A stretch of 64,000 bases of DNA from Octopus vulgaris (taxonomy: Eukaryota), in contig OX597843.1 in assembly GCA_951406725.2 (NCBI GenBank), positions 8,556,001 through 8,620,000 on the forward strand, written 5' to 3'. Shown one piece after another: positions 57,548-64,000 of this stretch. The translations under genes were made by a program, and so were the position numbers. The notes under the pieces are model-generated. The model worked only from the letters and a program-made list of their open reading frames with translations. It made no database searches and was not told the DNA's origin. Numbering within the stretch: position 1 is the stretch's first letter; each line of letters opens with the position of its first letter.

Positions 57548-57954
57548 CTTTACTCTTTACTCTTTTACTTGTTTCAGTCATTTGACTGCGGCCATGCTGG
57601 AGTACCGCCTTTAGTCGAGCAAATCGACCCCGGGACTTATTCTTTGTAAGCCCAGTACTTATTCTATCGGTCTCTTTTGCCGAACCGCTAATTTACGGGG
57701 ACGTAAACACACCGGTTGTCAAGCAATGCTAGGGGGACAAACACAGACACACAAACATATACACACACACTTATATATACATACATATATACGACAGGCT
57801 TCTTTCAGTTTCTGTCTACCAAATCCACTCACAAGTCATTGGTCGGCCTGGGGCTATAGCTGAAGATACTTGCCCAAGATGCCACGCAGTGGGACTGAAC
57901 CCGGAACCATGTTGTTGGTTAGCAAGCTACTTACCACACAGCCACTCCTGCGCC
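57548..57954 (-). mobile_element. SINE family A, full length, nested in the mariner transposase C-terminus
   Basis: Separates ...RIVEK from the final EYNLD* codons. Confidence 0.9.
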
Positions 57955-58298
57955 TATTTTCATTCTTTTTCTACAATTCTCTTCCGTCTATCTGGTAGAA
58001 TTGCAAGGCCCCTCGTCCAAAATTCACTTGTCCGTGAAGAAAAATACTCCTCCATTACTGTTTTGACCTCGTCTACAGAATTCATATTTTTTCCGTCCAA
58101 ATGATTTTGAAGTCCGTGGAATAAATGATAATCTGATGGGGCAGTGTCCGGTGAATATGGTGGGTGAGGCATCGTTTCCCATTCAAACTGCTCCAGTTTT
58201 TGGAATGTCATCTTCCTTGTATGTGGCCGAGTATTATCATAATGGAAGCACACCTTTCGTCTTGAAACCAAAGATGGTCGTTTTTCTTATGGACGGAA

Positions 58299-58942
58299 GC
58301 ACTCCGTCGGTTACGACGACGAGGGTTCCGGTTGATCAGCCTGCTCGTGAAATTAACGTGTAAGTGGCTGAGCACTCCACAGACACGTGTACCCTTAACG
58401 TAGTTCTCGGGGATATTCAGCGTGACACAGAGAGTGACAAGGCCGGCCCCTTTGAAATACAGGTACAAAAATTGTCGAAGTGTCTTTCTTGGGCTTCAAA
58501 GTAAAGGATAAGAGAAAATATGACGTGGACGAACATAAGGTTTGGTGTCAGCAAGAGCACCCAGGTATATATGATATTAACAATATTATATACCTAGGAT
58601 ATCCAGGCCTATGATAAACATCACTTCTTTGAGTTTGAAGACCTTTAGGAAGAATGGCATTCCCTCAAGAGGCTATGGATGGTTACGACGACGAGGGTTC
58701 CGGTTGATCCGATCAAAGGAACAGCCTGCTCGTGAAATTAACGTGTAAGTGACTGAGCACTCCACAGACACGTGCACCCTTAACTTAGTTCTCGGGGATA
58801 TTCAGCGTGACACAGAGAGTGACAAGGCCGGCCCTTTGAAATACAGGTACAACAGAAACAGGAAGTAAGAGTGAGAGAAAGTAGTGGTGAAAGAGTACAG
58901 CAGGGATCACCCCACCCCCCTGCCGGAGCCTCGTGGAGCTTT
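58299..58942 (-). mobile_element. Family C SINE-like element, two copies (58299-58468; 58681-58942) nested in the mariner
   Basis: ~160 bp near-identical between copies. 3' hairpin gtcg-tcgtaac-cgac resembles RTE-type tails. Confidence 0.7.
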
Positions 58943-59611
58943 TAGATGTTTTGCATACGGCTGAAGAGAGCTTTAAACCATCCTTTATGTCGATTATACA
59001 CTGATGTAAGAATGGGTCGTTTATAAAGCTTGAAACACGTGTACCGCGAATCCTTTGTGTTCTGTTGGACACAATTTGTTGAATTTTCCAATGACACGCA
59101 AGTGCCGATGAATGGTTGAATGACCACATCCAACTCTAATTCCTCAATATCTGCGATTGGATTTTGTTGCACCAGGGTTTGCAATACCCCTAGTCGAGAT
59201 CTACAGATCTTCCAGGACGAGGCTCGTCTTCTAGACTCTAATTTCCGGCTGGGAATTTCTAGAACCACCGTTGACACTAGCTGACGCTTATTGTACGATC
59301 CTTATTATACTGCATAAATATTCGTCGCATTTTCCGTTGCGTTGTTGCCTTTATTGAACTCATAAAGCAAAATGTGTCGAAAATACTTCCTTGCCATTTC
59401 CATTATAGCTTTGAAAAAATATTCGTTAAAATAGAAATGCACTCTTCAAAACGTGCACTAAGAATAAGGACAAAATAAAATCACTACCTGCTTTTATAGC
59501 AAGCTGATGCAGGTAGTTTATCCCGTCCCCTCCGACTTTCATTTCATGCAATTGAAAAAAAAAAAAAAACCGCATTATTTATGGGATGACCCAATATATG
59601 CTTTGCAATTT

Positions 59612-60020
59612 CTTTTCTTTTTCTTTTTATTTGTTTCAGTCATTTTGACTGCGGCCATGCTGGAGCACCGCCTTTAATCGAGCAACTCGACCCCGGGACT
59701 TATTCTTTGGTAAGCCCAGTACTTATTCTATCGGTCTCTTTTACCGAACCGCTAAGTGACGGGAACATAAACACACCAGCATCGTTTGTCAAGCAATGCT
59801 AGGGGGACAAACACAGACACACAAACATACACGCACATACATATATATACCTATATACGACGGGCTTCTTTCAGTTTCCGTCTACCGAATCCACTCACAA
59901 GGCTTAGGTCGGCCCGGGGCTATAGTAGAAGACACTTGCCCAAGGTGCCACGCAGTGGGACTGAACCCGGAACCATGTGGTTGGTAAGCAAGCTACTTAC
60001 CACACAGCCACTCCTGCGCC
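59612..60020 (-). mobile_element. SINE family A, full length
   Basis: Complete reverse copy. Confidence 0.9.
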
Positions 60021-60183
60021 TGAACCCAAATCCGAAAGAAAATCGTGAGAAAATAAGCGATGAAAACTACCTTTTCAATTACATTATGCATTTTATATAT
60101 AAGATAAAATATATAAAAGAAAATGGAGAGAATCTTGTAAATAGAATTGTACGTCTTCACCGAATATTGACTTTAGAGAATAG

Positions 60184-60878
60184 GGATCTTTTCGGTTTGA
60201 CCGGCAGTTTTTTAAAATAATTTCCAGGTAACTAAACACTTTTAAACTTCGTATACTGGTAGAATTTGTTTATAAAACATCTTTTTCTCTTGGCTTTATT
60301 GAGAAAATTCTATAGTTTGTAAGATATTTGTTGTTTTTTTTCCTTCAATTTCTGCAATTTCAACCAATCACTGACGTCTATTGGAGGTGAAAACATTCTG
60401 TGCCGTATGAATATGTCCCTTGTTTAAGAAACAGGATCTTTTCGGTTTGACCGGCAGTTTTTTAAAATAATTTCCAGGTAACTAAAAACTTTTAAACTTC
60501 GTATTCTGGTAGAATGTGTTTATAAAACATCTTTTTCTCTTCGATTTATTGAGAAAATTCTATAGTTTGTAAGATATTTGTTGTTTCTTTTTCTTCAATT
60601 TCTGCGATTTCAACCAATCACTGACGTCTATTGAGGTAAAAAACATTCTGTGCCGTATGAATATGTCCCTCGTTTAAGAAACAGATTGGGTTTATTTACA
60701 TTTGTGAAGAAAAAAAGATACCCTTCCCCCTAACCCTAACCCTATCCCTAACTAACCCTAACTAACCCAAACCCTAAAATAGATTGAAATGCAATAGATC
60801 GATACTAGGGTCATCATTATAGGTGACAATTTCATATGACACCGCTAGAAAAAACTGCCGTTCAAACCGAAAAGATCC
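60184..60878. mobile_element. Same MITE, opposite orientation, preceded by a 250-bp copy of its left end
   Basis: TIR starts at 60184 and again at 60434; right TIR ends at 60878; CCCTAA repeats at ~60728-60776. Confidence 0.9.
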
Positions 60879-61542
60879 ACGGAGAGATCTTTTAACAAGA
60901 AACGAACCCTTAATATTCTAATTTAAATTACCAACAGCGTATGACAACATAAATATCATTATCACCGCCACCACCATCACCAACACCAGCATCACTATCA
61001 GCACCATCATCTTCATCATCGTCTCCACCATCATCAACACCATCTTCACTATAATCGGCACTAAAACTACCACCACCACCATCACAACCTCGGCCGACGC
61101 CATCACCACCGCCGCTAATGTTTTAACAAAATCCATTTGTAACAAATGCAGATAATGTTTAGATAATAATATAAAATTAATTAGAATTAATTTTACTAAT
61201 TGTTTAATTAACGCGAAATTTAAGAAGTGAAGAGCTTTTGAAATAAATATCATTTCGTAAAAACAAACTCCGCTCTTTCAAGAATTTTTACTTTTAGATT
61301 TTCTGTCAGACGAGAAGAGCGTTCGTTTCTCGCGATCGCTTTTCTCTTTTTTTATTCTTTTTCATTCTTTTTCATTCTTTTTCTCTTTCTGAATTCCAAT
61401 TCTTCATTTGTTTGTTTATTTCTTTATTTCTGTTCATTTCTTCTTTCTCTCGTTCCTTTTATATTATTCATCTTTCGCTCTTGTTTATCCTCGTTATATT
61501 CACCCATCTTTTTTTTTACCTTCGTATATTACGCAGACACAA

Positions 61543-61588
<46 letters not shown>

Positions 61589-61648
61589 TTATACAGTCTT
61601 CTAGGTGTTTATAGGTGTGTATACACGCATACACACATACACACACAG

Positions 61649-61745
<97 letters not shown>

Positions 61746-61782
61746 GCTTACGTTTAAATGCATACATATATAAATGTGTGTG

Positions 61783-61823
<41 letters not shown>

Positions 61824-61911
61824 ACATTCACTCAGATATACACACATATACACAGACGCTTATGTATATGTACTTAAGCAGGTATACGAACACACACACA
61901 CATACACACAC

Positions 61912-61942
<31 letters not shown>

Positions 61943-61947
<5 letters not shown>

Positions 61948-62071
61948 TATATATATATAGTTATACATGTATGTATACACACGTATATAGTTATGCATTT
62001 ATGATTTTTATGTGGATATATACATATATAAGTACATATATACAACAACATCTATACATATATGTACATAC

Positions 62072-62115
<44 letters not shown>

Positions 62116-62234
62116 TATATATATATATAGTTATACATGTATGTATACATACGTATATAGCTATACATTTATGATTTTTATGTGGATATATACATATATA
62201 AGTACATATATACAACAACATCTATACACATATG

Positions 62235-62290
<56 letters not shown>
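61943..62290. repeat. 170-bp tandem duplication of microsatellite-derived sequence
   Basis: catttatgatttttatgtggatatatac...caacaacatct is duplicated at 170-bp spacing. Confidence 0.8.
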
Positions 62291-62294
<4 letters not shown>

Positions 62295-62806
62295 ATATAT
62301 ATAAATGCACGCACACATACATATACATAAACATACACCCACACATATAAACAAGCATATAATATATATATATATATATACATATATAAATATAAACACA
62401 AAGACAGATAAACAGACAGACAGACAGACAGACATACAGGCAAGCAGAGACAAATAGTTGTACACCGATACAAACATTTACAACTTATAGTATTTTTTAT
62501 GCCAAAGTAAATCAAGGTGCAGTAATTGTGAAACGAAGACGCCATTCAAATCATTGCAAAATTTTTATCTTTTCGTTGACGCTGGATGCCATATTGCCAT
62601 ACAAGAACACCATTCACAATGGAACATTGCTGAAAGCAGCTTTGTCTTTAGTTAAATTTCAGATTGATTATCGCCCTCTAGTATCTCTCCTGTACGAGAA
62701 CAAGCGCGTGGCCGTGTGGTAAGGAGCTTGCTTCCCAACCCCACGGTCCCGGGTTCAGTCCCACGCCGTGACTCCTTCGGCAAGTGTTTTCTACTATTCA
62801 CTTGAT

Positions 62807-63332
62807 GGTTCTTTTCGGTTTGACCGGCAGTTTTTTTTAAATAATTTCCACGTAACTAAACACTTTTAAACTTCGTATTCTGGTAGAATGTGTTTATAAA
62901 ACATCTTTTTCTCTTGGCTTTATTGAGAAAATTCTATAGTTTGTGAGATATTTGTTGTTTTTTTTCTTCAATTTCTGCAATTTCAACCAATCAATGACGT
63001 CTATTGAGGTGAAAACATTCTCTGCCGTATGAATATGTCCCTCGTTTAAGAAACAGTTGGGTTTATTTACATTTGTGAAAAAAAGATTACCTTCCCCCAA
63101 CCCCTAACCCTAACCCTAAAACAGATTGAAATGCAATAGATCGATACTAGGGTCATAATTATGGGTGACAATTTCATATGACACCGCTAGAAAACACTGC
63201 CGTTGAAACCGAGAAGATCCCCTAACCCTAAAACAGATTGAAATGCAATAGATCGATACTAGGGTCATAATTATAGGTGATAATTTCATATGACACCGCT
63301 AGAAAAAACTGCCGTTCAAACCGAAAAGATCC
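62807..63332. mobile_element. Same MITE followed by a 112-bp copy of its right end
   Basis: TIR at 62807; right TIRs end at 63220 and 63332. Confidence 0.9.
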
Positions 63333-63507
63333 GTACTCTGTCATGTACCATATTCACCAGACCTTGCATCAACTGACTATTACGTTTTCCTGGCATCAGA
63401 CAACTTTTTTGCGAGGAAAAAACTTCAAATCTGAAGAAAATGCAAAAACAGCCTTTCGTGAATTCATCACATCTTGCTCTCCAGAATTCTTTGCTGCCAG
63501 CATAAAT
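63333..63507 (+). pseudogene. Mariner transposase C-terminal fragment
   Basis: VLCHVPYSPDLASTDYYVFLASDNF, then after a frameshift LRGKNFKSEENAKTAFREFITSCSPEFFAASIN. Confidence 0.85.
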
Positions 63508-64000
63508 ATGGTACACATAATATGGTACACAAAAATATGGTACACATAATATGGTACACATAAATATGGTACACATAATATGGTACACATAATTGGTACA
63601 CATAATTGGTACACATAATTGGTTCACATAATTGGTACACATAATTGGTACACATAATATGCTACACAAAAATATGGTACACATAATTGGTACACATAAT
63701 TGGTACACATAATATGGTACACAAAAATATGGTACACATAATTGGTACACATAATTGGTACACATAATTGGTACACATAATATGGTACACAAAAATATGG
63801 TACACATAATTGGTACACATAATTGGTACACATAATTGGTACACATAATATGCTACACAAAAATATGGTACACATAATTGGTACACATAATTGGTACACA
63901 TAATATGGTACACAAAAATAAATATGGTACACATAATTGGTACACATAATTGGTACACATAATTGGTACACATAATTGGTACACATAATTGGTACACATA
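63508..64000. repeat. 13-15-bp minisatellite (TGGTACACATAAT), runs off the window
   Basis: Tandem tggtacacataat with atggtacacaaaaat and atgctacacaaaaat variants. Confidence 0.95.

Larger units (their letters stand above)
57452..59594 (-). mobile_element. Decayed mariner transposon with both TIRs and nested insertions
   Basis: 24-bp TIRs with 4 mismatches (57452-57475; 59571-59594, followed by TA). ATG at 59403 gives MEMARKYFRHILLYEFNKGNNATE...WF.KF..G..SLEDEPRPGR. C-terminal block FHYDNTRPH...HPPYSPDTAPSDYHLF at 57958-58271. Stops, frameshifts and deletions throughout. Confidence 0.9.

Overview
Eukaryotic, AT-rich DNA saturated with microsatellites, either intronic or intergenic, with no host protein-coding gene that I can support. 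Almost every ORF in the supplied track is a translated microsatellite: (TA)n, (CA)n, (GATA)n, (ATAC)n, (AAG)n, (ATT)n, (ACC)n. The repeat content and TTAGGG units suggest a mollusc, probably an octopus (inference). Real content: (1) about 25 pieces of one tRNA-headed SINE (family A), about 7 loci of a second (family B) and a few other SINE-like families; (2) four decayed mariner relics, one with both TIRs and nested insertions; (3) three copies of a ~420-bp MITE with GG termini and internal TTAGGG repeats, one with an 8-bp TSD; (4) an RTE LINE 3' end, a Helitron-like 3' end and a Penelope-like GIY-YIG plus RT relic. The most interesting signal is a set of short non-coding elements abutting (TA)n that carry minimal type I hammerhead-ribozyme motifs with palindromic stem III. 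Several sit in fold-back palindromes (5.25-5.69 kb, 26.3-26.7 kb, 27.05-27.17 kb), and a four-copy ~205-bp family has a shared non-canonical core (CUGUCGA). This looks like a Penelope-dependent ribozyme retroelement system. All calls are by eye; boundaries are approximate unless exact motifs are quoted.
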